DNA of 64,000 bases from Macrostomum lignano (GCA_002269645.1 NIVC01002705.1:62001-126000); one strand, 5' to 3'; shown: positions 39,780-52,720, numbered from the stretch's first letter. Numbers and translations are program-made. The notes: generated by a model from the letters alone, not told the origin.

Positions 39780-39975
39780 ACGTCATCCGTGCCGAAAGCT
39801 ACTGCCCCAACCTGTCCAGGACGTCCTGCTCACCATGCAGGTCCTGTTCAGACGGGGCCAGGCTCAAACTCAGCGATATGTGGACTCACTGGACTGCCTG
39901 CTGTGCAACGCCAATGCGCTGGACACCGCCGGCGGGTGGACTTCGTTCTCTTGCTAGCCCTGCGGCGAGCCATTG
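39780..39975 (+). mobile_element. Second RTE-like 3' fragment, inside the MULE
   Basis: gtcatccgtgccgaaagctactgcccc..ctgtccaggacgtcctgct is similar to gtgatccgagccgagggctactgcccc..ctgttcaggacgtcctgct at about 7370-7415. Confidence 0.65.
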
Positions 39976-40804
39976 GACACTGCCTCTATTTCTGTAACTC
40001 TTGGGCTAATGTAATTTATTGTTCATGTTGTTTCTATAGTTTCCTTTTAATAAAACTGAAGTGTGACTAACAGAATTTATCTGAATTCGATCGAATTTTG
40101 CTGACCTACAAAGCTTTGCTTGGCTTATTTGCTATATGAAATTTAAAGACTAACAAAACAACAGATCATGTTCATGTTCATGATCTTCTCATGTTTAATG
40201 CAAAATAAAAAAGGAACGAAACAATTATAACAGGAAAATAGTAGAATTTATTTCTGATAGCTTATCAGCAAATGCGCCCGCTAACTGCGTCGGCAAAGTG
40301 TGCAGTAAAATAAAAGCTGGCCAATGAAAAATAGGTGCAATTTTACTATAATAAAACAGCATATTTTTGCAACTGCATTAATTATCGCATTTTAGAAGTA
40401 ATGCAAAATTAATTAGCTTCGTACCGTCAAAACAAAAAACGTCTAATTGCACCGGCACTAAAACTGTCTGTAAATTACTAGCTGTCTCATTTTTTTATTT
40501 CTTCTTACACCTTATCAGTCTATGGTTTCATAGTTTTGTCGTACTTTAGAAGTTGCTAAACTGAGAGTAAACTGTTTTTGTTAAAGTTTTATTGGGGCTT
40601 TATTTTCTGCTAGCATTCTAAAAAACATTAAATAATAGTAGAATAGCTCTTGGGATGACTTGATGCGCCAAACTTAAGCTAAGTCCTAAATAACAGAGTA
40701 CGAAAACAAATAAAAAACAAAATTAGTCAGCATTCGATGCAAATAACATGTAACAACCCGTTGTCTGTTCAGGTCACACATGATTGAAGAACCATAAAAA
40801 TGAG

Positions 40805-41053
40805 TTACTTCTTCAAATGATGAGCAATGCCACGTAGGAATGACCGGAGTGGGAAGTCTACTGGCAGACCACCATTCGCCTCATCCCATCGCTGGGCAAC
40901 GCGAAGAACGTTAGCGTTGCTCCGGGCATACTTACTTCTGATGATTGGTGCCTCCCCAGCTGCAGCTCGCTGCATGGGCAATTGCTGGTGGTCCATCTCC
41001 TGCTTCAGGTGTCCAAGCAACTTGAAAAGCTGTGGGTTGTTGCAAAGAGGCAT
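40805..41053 (-). pseudogene. MULE transposase C-terminal fragment
   Basis: NPQLFKLLGHLKQE..SFLRGIAHHL resembles the HPNIWKF..LK.E..YLR.IAH.L tail of invertebrate MULE transposases; lies between the TIRs. Confidence 0.6.
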
Positions 41054-42159
41054 TCAGGATCTAGCTAGAAAGTAGACAGTTTTGTTTACTATTTTTTAAA
41101 TCAGTTTATTATTCAGCAAAAGCAAGTAGCCATTGCATTGTTACAGAAATCAGTTAGCCCAGCTACAAGTTGTTTTGTTTTATCGCCAACAAAAGTTTGT
41201 AAGCTTGTGCGGCATGTGCGCGAATTATCAGAGCTGGCAACTTTCGGCTCCTGCACGAACATCTTGGTTCAAATTTCGTATTTTAGGTAGCCTTTGCTCT
41301 TTCTTTGAAAGCTTTATTTAAGTAAAGTAATTTAATAGACTTTTCTAGGATTGCGTCATATAGCAATCGCAATCGCAAATTAAATAGAAAAGTAAATGAA
41401 CTTTCAATACAGAAATATTTACAATAGGCATTACAGAATGCCTTCTCTTTCACATATACACTTCTAATGGAAATCTGAAAAAATTAGGGAAGGGAAGAGC
41501 GACATTTAAGGCTACCCCACAAGCCTTTTGCTAGCCAAACAGTTTCGTGCTTTTTACTTAGCTAATAAGTAGGCTACAGTAGATTCAATTAGCTAGAACT
41601 TGTCGGCTGGCAGTTGTCGGCTGGCAGTTGTCGGCTGGCAGTTGTCGACTGGCAGTTTTCCGGCTGGCAGTTGGGGTGCTCCCGCTTAATTCAGATTCGA
41701 TAATCAGCACGCGAAAAACAGGATTTAGAAATGTTTGTTCAGCAGTAAGCATGGGTCTGTGTGATTGTCAGATAAAATAATTAAGCTAATGCTCATCATT
41801 CTTCCTATTAGAATTTGGATCTTCTAAACTACTTTCTCCTCCAGGTATTGTCACTGACCTCTGTGTGGTGGAAAAATGTGCCCAGGGGCACAGGGGGCAG
41901 GGCCACATGTCAATCATTATTCGATGCGGCGTCATGCAGCTTTCGAACAGCATGCATGGTGTCCAGGTATAACCTCGATGGCTACAGGATAATGAACTAC
42001 CGCTTTTGACTGCATGCTGTTTTTGCAGTCTCTGGCATTGGCAACTGTATAGGTAATGAATCTATGTAGGTTTTAGGGTATAGGGGAACTTTTGAATCTA
42101 ATAGCCGGACCGCAGCTTGTTCAGTCAGTCTGCCAAGTAGCATGAGGACAACTTAGGCA

Positions 42160-42345
<186 letters not shown>

Positions 42346-43451
42346 CAGGCAGATATTTCATACCCAGTGTTACCTGTTCTCGAAATCGTGGCCCTTTGAA
42401 CAACGGACAAGGACAGTTGCAAGGAGTTCAGTTGTCCTTGGACAGTTTGCTACCTTTTAATGCTTTTTAGGCAGCAAAAGCGGATGGCGAACCTATTTGA
42501 CGTCATGCAGCTTCCTTTCCTGCAGTGAGCTAATTTGGGATTGATCTGAGCGCAATCATAAAAAATAGGCAGAAAATACTGAAGCCGATTTCCACGAAAT
42601 GTTTATGGTATACCTACCGTACACTAAACGACATTTATGCGATCGATCGGTTTAAGCAAGAACAGGGTTTATCTGCTACTCTGACCACGATAAGATCTGC
42701 AAGTTTCTGAGGCTATAAGTTATAAAAATGTGCCAGGTGCAACCGGAAGCAGAAAAAAATGCTGTTCCGACGCAAGGTCAAAGGTTTCCACATCAATCAT
42801 GGATTGTCTTTGCCCAGTCTGTCGATATGCTGCAACCCTAGTAATGTGTAAAGTTACAATTTAGAGTATTGAGCCCTTTTGCGACTAAATGAAGTTTCGT
42901 GTATGACACCTTTTTTGCTTACTCGTAGCAACACCAAGCTTTTTACAAGCCGGTGTAGAAAATCAGCTTCTCAAATGTGTTTGAAAACCAGCTGTTCACT
43001 GAAGTTACTTGACTTCAGAACCGAAAGAAGAGTTTGAAGTTTACCTAAAACATAATACCCCGATGCATACTAAGAAAGAATAAGTATTTCCAATCAAAAT
43101 GGTTGCTGTTTCGAGTTGTGCCAGTGCGAGAGAACTGAAGCAAAGTGGCAGTTCACGGGATTGATAAAATTGATTAGCACTTATTTAGTGACAGAAACTG
43201 ACTATACTTCTGCTTTAAAAATAGGAATACCGAAAAACTTACAGTGATTGAAATACTCGTAGATTTCCTGTGGCGAATTTGACAGCTCTGGCAGGCCGTG
43301 GGCGGTGTGACAGGCCGGGACCGCGTCACCTGCAGCGGCACCAGCGGCACCATAAATGAGAGCCCAGCGACCGAGCCCGAGACCCAATCAGCAACTCAAC
43401 CCAGCAGCCAGTTTCAAGAAGCCAGCAACCAAAGCACCCAGCTCAGCAGCC

Positions 43452-43739
43452 ATGTGCAAGCTCGTCTGCCTGTTCGCTCTCGTGGCCTTCGCCGCCGCCG
43501 CCTACACTCCGGAGCAGAAGAACGAGGTCGTGAACGACATCATTCACGAGGTCGTTCCCGTGCTCAGCATCGACACCAACTGCCTGCTGCAGAATGGCAT
43601 CGACTCCGTGATGTGCCTGGTGACCAACCTGATCACCTGCTTCTTCTCCAGCGGCACCAACATCAGCCAGCTGGCCACCTGCCTGGCCAGCAAGTGCGGT
43701 GGCAACGCCATCCAGATCATCAGCTGCATCAAGCTGTAA
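43452..43739 (+). CDS. Small secreted six-cysteine protein, 95 aa, intronless
   Basis: ATG in gccATG context; signal peptide MCKLVCLFALVAFAAAA; strong C/G third-position bias; six Cys in the mature part. Confidence 0.85.
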   Translation: MCKLVCLFALVAFAAAAYTPEQKNEVVNDIIHEVVPVLSIDTNCLLQNGIDSVMCLVTNLITCFFSSGTNISQLATCLASKCGGNAIQIISCIKL

Positions 43740-44599
43740 ATGCTCGATAGCTTTATTTCAGATAGATTCCAAATACACTACTTGGCTTCCTTGCAATTCG
43801 AGATGTAACATCTACATCAATTAATAAGCTTTGTCAATTTAATCTTTATTTCTTAAGCTACAACTCAGAAGAATGGAGAGTAGGTGCTGCTTGTGTCGCT
43901 AATATTTTGGCAATGTTTGCATTAAGTATAGATGCGCTGCGCTCTTGTCATTAAGGAGTTGCGGTGCACCCTGGCGCAACGCATTTGGCGACATGGTCTC
44001 ACAACCAGCGCTGAGGCAATTCTGCCCATTCCGCTGGCTCCTGAGCACACACAAGCGCGCCAATACTGTGCGCAGTAGCCCTTCTACCATACTACCATGG
44101 TTAGCTGACCCGTCCGATAGCGCCCAAGAAAATTTCCGACACAAATGGAAAGTCAAGAAAGACAAGGACATGCATATAACTGAGCAAACAGCAAGTGTTG
44201 AGCAAACATATTTATACTATATTCATATATTCATTCAAACTGCCCACAGTCCTTTCTATCTAATCAATATACCTAAATCTAGGCCTAAATGTAAGCCAGG
44301 CTCACCGATAAGCACCTCTCAATAATGAGCAAATCCTCCTATTAGCCTTGTGAACACGCTAGCACAAGTCGAGCATAGCGCCGCAACAGCTAGCTTTGCT
44401 GTCTACATGAGCAGCTGAATTTAGAAATTTGCTCAGTTTCCACAAGATGCAGAGTCGCGTCGATACATAAGAACTGATTTCCACACGCAACTTTGACGAA
44501 CTTTGACCAAATCGCCTGTCAGTTCTTGGATTGGATTGTTGTGAAAAATAGGAACGAGTTTGCTACAAACAAGTCACCTCTTTTTCAGTAAGTGAATGA

Positions 44600-44859
44600 A
44601 CTAATGGCAGATGTGCAACTGACAGCTCAGCCGCAGCTATTGCGCGGCGCATCTGAAGGCTGCGTACGGCTGTTCAGTCCAAGGACTTGGTGGAGGGGGT
44701 CGCCACCCATGCTGGCACCCATTTTACAGTTGGGGAATCTGAAGCAATGCAGAGTTAAGTGTCTTGCTCAAGGACACAGATTGTTTCAGTGGCATCGGGA
44801 ATCGAACCCCCGACCTTCAGGTCGTGAGTCCGACGCTCTGACCACTAGGCTACAACCCC
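44600..44859 (-). mobile_element. tRNA-derived SINE with a CORE-like central domain
   Basis: Minus strand: A box tagcctagtgg, B box ggttcgattccc, then gtgtccttgagcaagacacttaac. Confidence 0.8.
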
Positions 44860-45282
44860 CTACTAAGTAAGTAAGTATACAACCGTAATTATCTTTCCAA
44901 CTGGACTAGACTAAGCCAGCCTGCGTGCGCTAACCACAAGTGTCTGAAAAAGCAGCGTTGTGTTGCAAAAGGTGAAAGCTACGGGGCCAGAGAGAAAGAG
45001 CCATGAAAGCAAAGCGCCAAACTAAGGGCGGCATTGAATTTCAGCTATTTTTGTCTTAACTTTTTCCTTCTTTCTGCTTCCCCTCTGTCTTCTTCAACAG
45101 GATTGGCCGCCGCTGCCATTGGTCCCCTTGACGTCGCCAGAGTCAGTGCAGAGCTCGAAGAGTCCCTAGCCGTCAGCTATATCTGGCTGTAATCGGCAAT
45201 AGGGGCGGAGCTTCCGAGAGCCGCGACCATCAAGTTCAGTACCTAGACACCGACAGCGAAGCCAAACTCAGTCTCAGCACCA

Positions 45283-46598
45283 ATGTCCTGTCTGAACCAG
45301 AGCTGGCACAGCATGCAACAGCCGGGCGGGAGCACCCAACTGGCTCTGGGCGCAGTAACTTGCGCTGTGATGTCACTAATCACCTTGGAGACCGTTGCCG
45401 GCAATCTACTGGTGATCGCATCCGTGATGAAATTCCGCAGACTGCACTCCCGCAACTGCTTCCTGCTGCTGGCCTCGCTAGCCTCTGCCGACGTCGCCAT
45501 CGGGCTGCTGGTGATGCCCTACTCGGCGCTGTACAGTTTCCTCGGCTGCTGGCCGCTCGGCGACTTCTACTGCAAATTCTTTCTCTCGGCCGACATCATG
45601 TGCTGCACGTCCAGCATCCTGCACCTGTGCCTCATCAGTCTGGACCGCTACATTGCCGTTACAAGTCCGCTGCACTACAAGTCCGCCGTTCGACCCCGCC
45701 GGATTTGGGCCGCCGTGGCCTTCGTCTGGTCAATCAGCATCGGCCTGAGCTTCGGCCCGGTGTTCTCCGGCACCTTCAGCTTTGAGCAGCGCATCGGCTC
45801 GGCTGCTGTCCCGTCCGCAGCTGAGAACGCGACCGCAAACGTCCCCGGGCAGTGCCAAATGTCCGTCAACCGTATCTATGCCGTGGTCTCTGCGCTGACC
45901 TCGTTCTTCCTGCCGCTGCTGGTGATGACCGCAGCCTACATCCGGGTGCACCGCATCGCCGCCGATCACTCGCAGGTCACCAGGCAAAGGAAGGCGGCCG
46001 CATCAGCCGGGACAGCTTCCGCCGCCGTGTCTCGCCAGATTAACAGCGAGTCCAAGGCTACTAAGACGCTTGGGCTGATTTTGGGTGAGTGCCGACTTGC
46101 ATCGTGTCTTTTTTGATGAATGGAAACCATGTCATTAGCACGGTTTCAAAGACAACTCAGCACCAAGATCACGCTATCAACATCGCAGGCTGCTTCTACG
46201 CCTGCTGGTTCCCGTTCTTCCTGATGTACATCGCCTGCCCGTTCACGCTGGACAACTGCTCCGGCCTGCCAGCCTGGGCGGTCACCCTGATCACGTGGAT
46301 CGGGTACGCCAACTCGGGCATCAACCCGCTGCTCTACGGCTCCAACCAGCGCGAATTCCGCCTGGCCTACCTGCGCCTGCTCGGCTGCCGTCGCGAGTCC
46401 GACCTGCGCTACCTGCGGTCGGACAGGCGCACCGCGCTCAGCTTGTACCGGCGCACCGCCGCCGGGCTGAGGCCGACTGGCACTGCCGACCTGCAGCTGC
46501 GTCGGGCCGCCGTCATCGCCGCCTGGGGTGTCGGCGCTACCCGGGTGCCGGCGGCGACAACTTCCATGGCGGCTAACAGCGGAGAGACTGCAGTCTGA
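45283..46598 (+). CDS. Biogenic amine GPCR (dopamine D1/octopamine/histamine H2-like); join(45283..46084,46189..46598), 403 aa
   Basis: TM3 Asp (ADIMCCTSSILHLCLISLDRY), TM5 serines (SALTSFFLP), KATKTLG, CWFPFF and NPLLY motifs; phase-1 GT-AG intron. Confidence 0.92.
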
Positions 46599-46680
46599 CT
46601 AGCGAAGAGATTGACTGACTCTCTGACTAGCGGAGAGATTGACTGACCCTCTGACTAGCGGAGAGATTTACCGACCCTCT
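46597..46680. repeat. ~28-bp repeat x3 (ctgactagcggagagattgactgaccct) starting at the GPCR stop codon
   Basis: Tandem copies visible. Confidence 0.8.
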
Positions 46681-46729
46681 GTTGAATTAAATTTGCATTG
46701 GACTCTTGAAAACTCGATTGTCAGAATTG

Positions 46730-47510
46730 TCTATGGCTGATTGTAGCAGTACCCACGGCAAACTGCAGCTATGGTCTGTGGCAGATTGTAGCAGTACCCA
46801 CGGCAGACTGCAGCTATGGTCTGTGGCAGATTGTAGCAGTACCCACGGCAAACTGCAGCTATATGGTCTATGGCTGATTGTAGCAGTACCCACGGCAAAC
46901 TGCAGCTATGGTCTGTGGCAGATTGTAGCAGTACCCACGGCAAACTGCAGCTATGGTCTGTGGCAGATTGTAGCAGTACCCACGGCAGACTGCAGCTATG
47001 GTCTGTGGCAGATTGTAGCAGTACCCACGGCAAACTGCAGCTATATGGTCTATGGCTGATTGTAGCAGTACCCACGGCAAACTGCAGCTATGGTCTGTGG
47101 CAGATTGTAGCAGTACCCACGGCAAACTGCAGTTATGGTCTGTGGCAGATTGTAGCAGTACCCACGGCAAACTGCAGTTATGGTCTGTGGCAGATTGTAG
47201 CAGTACCCACGGCAGACTGCAGCTATATGGTCTATGGCAGATTGTAGCAGTACCCACGGCAGACTGCAGCTATGGTCTGTGGCAGATTGTAGCAGTACCC
47301 ACGGCAAACTGCAGCTATATGGTCTATGGCTGATTGTAGCAGTACCCACGGCAAACTGCAGCTATGGTCTGTGGCAGATTGTAGCAGTACCCACGGCAAA
47401 CTGCAGTTATGGTCTGTGGCAGATTGTAGCAGTACCCACGGCAGACTGCAGCTATATGGTCTATGGCAGATTGTAGCAGTACCCACGGCAGACTGCAGCT
47501 ATGGTCTGTC
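46730..47510. repeat. 45-bp minisatellite with 47-bp variant units
   Basis: Unit tatggtctgtggcagattgtagcagtacccacggcaaactgcagc. Confidence 0.95.
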
Positions 47511-47724
47511 ACTATGGAAACAAGATCTTAAACTTGTCATTTTATCTTAATTGGACTTGGACTTAAACACGCTCGCAATTCTTGTACATGAAATTTCACT
47601 GTTGCGATCCGAAATATCGAATTTATGACAGTTTGCTTCTATTTGCAAATATCCGGCTCGTAATGCTGCACCCTGCATAGCAGCCTCTGTTCTTTCTAAT
47701 CTTTTTAGGAATCAATACTCAATA

Positions 47725-48070
47725 TAGTGCACAGAAGTGAAAAGAGTGACAGAAGTGAAAAGAGTGGCAGAAGTGAAAAGAGTGACAGAAGTGAAAAGAG
47801 TGACAGAAGTGAAAAGAGTGACAGAAGTGAAAAGAGTGGCAGAAGTGAAAAGAGTGACAGAAGTGAAAAGAGTGACAGAAGTGAAAAGAGTGACACAAGT
47901 GAAGAGTGGAAGAAGTGAAAGGAGTGAAAAGAGTGATAAGAGTGACACAAGTAAAGAGTGGAAGAAGTGAAAAGAGTGACAGAAGTGATAAGAGTGACAC
48001 AAGTGAAGAGTGGAAGAAGTGAAAGGAGTGAAAAGAGTGACAGAAGTGAAGAGTGAAAGGAGTGAAAGAG
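47725..48070. repeat. 18-bp purine-rich minisatellite (gacagaagtgaaaagagt)
   Basis: Tandem copies visible. Confidence 0.93.
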
Positions 48071-48959
48071 TGATTTGCAATCTACAGCAGGAATTACAGA
48101 AAGGAAGAGATGCTCGTAAGAAGTGAAAAGAGCTGTGCCAGTAGGTAATGAAGATTATGAAATTCGTTAAAGGCCAAGGCTCCATCCCTGCCAGAAAAAG
48201 CTGACTGTTTGGCCTCATCAATTTCTTTCTAGGCAGGCAAGGGTAATATTTTCTGGCGAAGGAAAAAATGCGAATTTTCTTTCATTTTTTGCCAGAGTCT
48301 TCTCCAGGAAATTCTCTCGTTTCTTCTCCATCTCCCTGATTTTCCTATTTCGTGAGCAGTCTGCATCAGGACCCGGGCGTTCCCAACCTCAGCTTCCCCA
48401 ACCAATTAGTGAAATTCAATTCCTCGTCTTTGGAAGACAATTATCTGTATTTGTCGGGATTTCTCCCGGTAGTGACGAGTCTGCGACACTTTTAGATTCG
48501 CCATCGTAAATTCTGACCTCAATTCCGAGAGCCAAAAAACTTTTTAGCGAATCTCTGCTCTAATAAAGGGCTTTCTGCCACTTTTGTCAGCTCAACATTC
48601 ATATTTATTTCTTTAGCATTATCATTCTTTCGATGCTCAGAGCCGTCTCCTAGAAGCAGAAACTCTAGAAGCATGCATGAATGAATGTTGCCCCCCCGAT
48701 GGGATGGAAAATTTCAAACTCGGGACTGACAGAATTCAATTTCGAATCTGTCCATCTGCCTGATTTGCCTGCAGAGAAGGCGATGAATAATCCGCAATAT
48801 CCCCTTACCAAAAATGGTAACTGAAAAATCTTCGGCTAAAAAGTACTTCTACAATTTTTGTTAGAGCACGCACATCGATATGCTCGCAAAAAAACTTTTT
48901 TTTAAACATTAAACGGCAGTTTGACGATTTTAAATTTATTAGGGTAGTAACTACTAAAG

Positions 48960-49630
48960 TAGCTGTCAGTGTGGCGCTGATGCAGTTGTCGGTGTGGCGC
49001 TGATGCAGCTGTCAGTGTGGCGCTGATGCAGCTGTCAGTGTGGCGCTGATGCAGTTGTCAGTGTGGCGCTGATGCAGCTGTCAGTGTGGCGCTGATGCAG
49101 CTGTCAGTGTGGCGCTGATGCAGTTGTCAGTGTGGCGCTGATGCAGCTGTCAGTGTGGCGCTGATGCAGCTGTCAGTGTGGCGCTGATGCAGTTGTCAGT
49201 GTGGCGCTGATGCAGTTGTCAGTGTGGCGCCAAAGTGGCTGTCAGTGTGGCGCAAAAGCGGCTGTCAGTGTGGCACCAAAGCGGCTGTCAGTGTGGCGCT
49301 GATGCAGCTGTCAGTGTGGCGCTGATGTAGCTGTCAGTGTGGCGCTGATGTAGCTGTCAGTGTGGCGCTGATGCAGTTGTCAGTGTGACGCCAAAGCAGC
49401 TGTCAGTGTGGCGCTGATGTAGCTGTCAGTGTGGCGCCAAAGCAGCTGTCAGTGTGGCGCTGATGTAGCTGTCAGTGTGGCGCTGATGTAGTTGTCAGTG
49501 TGACGCTGATGTAGCTGTCAGTGTGGCGCCAAAGCAGCTGTCAGTGTGGCGCTGATGCAGTTGTCAGTGTGGCGCTGATGTAGCTGTCAGTGTAGCGCTG
49601 ATGTAGCTGTCAGTGTGGCGCCAAAGCAGC
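48960..49630. repeat. 23-bp minisatellite (gcagctgtcagtgtggcgctgat)
   Basis: Tandem copies visible. Confidence 0.95.
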
Positions 49631-50230
49631 TCCAGACGAGCGTACAACAGCACTGAAATTGAGAAAAACTGCAGCTGTTACTGTCCAGCTAAAAATTCGC
49701 AGCTTTAGTTGCTATGCGGGCGGCTACTTAGCGGTCGAGCTAAGCCAAGAATTTCTAATTCAAGCTTTTGAAAGTTCAGCCTACAGCCTCTCTTCTGCTT
49801 CGGTCTCTGACAGTTGCTTTGATGAAGCACCGTAGAGGCAGAGGCCGGCAGAGACGCCAGCCAAGTTTCAATTTACACGCAGCGGATTTGGCTGAGAGAA
49901 AAAGTTCCAGCTGAGTCCAGTTGGGCACTAGTGGGAAATCCTGCTCAAGGCTGTCTGTCTGTCCGGTGGCAACTTCTTTCATTAGCGAAAGAAGACTAAG
50001 TGCTCGGCAGGAAAGGGCCTCGGCTTCTATTTGTAATCGGGGTTGGGGCGCAAGGCTTAAAGAGTCGAGAGCTGATGGTCATTTCTGAAGAAGTTGCTAA
50101 CTACGAGTGCCTCTACGCTGCAATAAAATGTCTTGAGAAGTTCTGAAGTGTCTCTAATGCTGCTGACTGGTTTCGAAATTTATTTTTGACAAGTTTGAGC
50201 TCTGGCTTGTAATGGCTTGTGTGCGAGTGC

Positions 50231-51505
50231 TAGGGTGGGAGTGTTACAGTGTAGGGTGGGAGAGTTACAGTGTAGGGTGGGAGAGTTACAGTGTAGAGTG
50301 GGAGTGTTACAGTGTAGGGTGGGAGAGTTACAGTGTAGAGTGGGAGTGTTACAGTGTAGAGTGGGAGTGTTACAGTGTAGGGTGGGAGAGTTACAGTGTA
50401 GGGTGGGAGTGTTACAGTGCAGGGTGGGAGAGTTACAGTGTAGGGTGGGAGTGTTACAGTGGAGGGTGGGAGTGTTACAGTGGAGGGTGGGAGTGTTACA
50501 GTTAAGGGTGGGAGTGTTACAGTGGAGGGTGGGAGTGTTACAGTGTAGGGTGGGAGTGTTACAGTGTAGAGTGGGAGTGTTACAGTGTAGAGTGGGAGTG
50601 TTACAGTGTAGAGTGGGAGTGTTACAGTGTAGAGTGGGAGTGTTACAGTGTAGAGTGGGAGTGTTACAGTGTAGGGTGGGAGTGTTACAGTGCAGGGTGG
50701 GAGAGTTACAGTGTAGAGTGGGAGTGTTACAGTGTAGGGTGGGAGAGTTACAGTGCAGGGTGGGAGAGTTACAGTGTAGGGTGGGAGAGTTACAGTGTAG
50801 GGTGGGAGTGTTACAGTGCAGGGTGGGAGAGTTACAGTGTAGAGTGGGAGTGTTACAGTGTAGGGTGGGAGAGTTACAGTGCAGGGTGGGAGAGTTACAG
50901 TGTAGGGTGGGAGAGTTACAGTGTAGAGTGGGAGTGTTACAGTGCAGGGTGGGAGAGTTACAGTGTAGAGTGGGAGTGTTACAGTGTAGGGTGGGAGAGT
51001 TACAGTGTAGGGTGGGAGTGTTACAGTGCAGGGTGGGAGAGTTACAGTGTAGGGTGGGAGTGTTACAGTGGAGGGTGGGAGTGTTACAGTGGAGGGTGGG
51101 AGTGTTACAGTGTAGAGTGGGAGTGTTACAGTGGAGGGTGGGAGTGTTACAGTGTAGGGTGGGAGTGTTACAGTGTAGAGTGGGAGTGTTACAGTGTAGA
51201 GTGGGAGTGTTACAGTGTAGAGTGGGAGTGTTACAGTGTAGAGTGGGAGTGTTACAGTGTAGAGTGGGAGTGTTACAGTGTAGGGTGGGAGTGTTACAGT
51301 GTAGGGTGGGAGTGTTACAGTGTAGAGTGGGAGTGTTACAGTGGAGGGTGGGAGTGTTACAGTGTAGGGTGGGAGTGTTACAGTGTAGAGTGGGAGCGTT
51401 ACAGTGGAGGGTGGGAGTGTTACAGTGTAGGGTGGGGAGTGTTACAGTGTAGAGTGGGAGTGTTACAGTGTAGGGTGGGAGTGTTACAGTGTAGGGTGGG
51501 AGTGT
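50231..51505. repeat. 21-bp minisatellite (gttacagtgtagggtgggagt), about 60 copies
   Basis: Tandem copies visible. Confidence 0.97.
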
Positions 51506-52229
51506 TAGCAAACCCAAGTTCGAATAGAATAAGCTACAGAAGAAGAGAAATAGTGCAGAGTAAAATTTCCTTGACTGTGCAAGCAGAATCAGTAGAAAGA
51601 ACTGTTAGCAACATTAAAATATTGTCTAGCAAAAAATATTTCATGCGATTATTGCCTTGCGTGTCGGTGAGATTTCAGCGGAATCCGAGCAGAAGAATGG
51701 CGAGGCTGGTACTGGACTGACCCGGGAGCGAAGCGGGAAAGCAAGAGTCAGAAGCAGCAGATTATGTCCCACACCGAGCACGCAGGTTTGTTGGCAGATA
51801 GGGATAATTAAATTAAGCATAATGAGCAAGAATTTAATGACAGGAATGGGTCACGCATGGGGGATCGGGTGCTAAAGCAGTGGCCTCAACTAGCACTGCA
51901 TGCCTTCTGCTTTGATGTTACTCTTGGGGGCTTTTTTGGGCAGGCAAAAAACGCTGCCTCAGAAAAGCAGAACTCGCTGAAGCAGAAGATCGAACCGCTG
52001 ATACTTGTATGCGACGAACAGGATTAAGTCTTACGCGAGGAATTTTTTTTACTTTTTATTTTACGTACATGTAGACTCGGAGGATGAGACCTAGAGAAAC
52101 TGTCATACCGTTGTTTTTTGCTACAAATTTGTATTTTACTTGGACGATAAGGCGATAAGAAGACAGAGATGGGCTGGAAGGGAGTATAGAGGAGAGGGTG
52201 GCGGGGAGTTAGTTGGCAGAGGGAATGTA

Positions 52230-52720
52230 AGGGACCGAGAGGAGAGGGAGATAGGGAGATGGTTGGCGGAGAGGGACTGCAAAGGACAGAGAGGAGGGAG
52301 GTGGTTGGCGGAGAGGGACAGAGAGAGGAGGGAGATGGTTGGCGGAGAGGGACTGCAAGGGACAGAGGAGGGAGGTGGTTGGCGGAGAGGGACAGAGAGA
52401 GGAGGGAGGTGGTTGGCGGAGAGGGACTGCAAGGGACAGAGGAGGGAGGTGGTTGGCGGAGAGGGACTGCAAGGGACAGAGGAGGGAGGTGGTTGGCGGA
52501 GAGGGACTGCAAGGGACAGAGGAGGGAGGTGGTTGGCGGAGAGGGACTGCAAGGGACAGAGGAGGGAGGTGGTTGGCGGAGAGGGACTGCAAGGGACAGA
52601 GAGAGGAGGGAGATGGTTGGCGGAGAGGGACTGCAAGGGACAGAGAGAGGAGGGAGGTGGTTGGCGGAGAGGGACTGCAAGGGACAGAGAGAGGAAGGTG
52701 GTTGGCGGAGAGGGACTGCA
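52230..52720. repeat. 40-bp purine-rich minisatellite (ggagggaggtggttggcggagagggactgcaagggacaga)
   Basis: Tandem copies visible. Confidence 0.95.

Larger units (their letters stand above)
39138..41683. mobile_element. Mutator-like (MULE) non-autonomous DNA transposon, about 2.5 kb
   Basis: Perfect 9-bp TSD gcttaattc at 39129-39137 and 41684-41692; TIRs gggtccaccccaactgccagccggaaaactgccag / inverse; internal transposase-like fragment. Confidence 0.88.

Noticed and set aside
41835-42010. Acceptor followed by a short open frame (GIVTDLCVVEKC..)
   Set aside because: No partner exons or homology could be established.
44780-44859. tRNA-like A and B boxes
   Set aside because: They continue into a CORE-like SINE body, so this is a SINE head rather than a tRNA gene.
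47727-48560. RSEKSD repeat ORF and adjacent degenerate coding-like sequence
   Set aside because: The ORF derives from the 18-bp array; neighbouring frames are broken by stops with no recognisable family.
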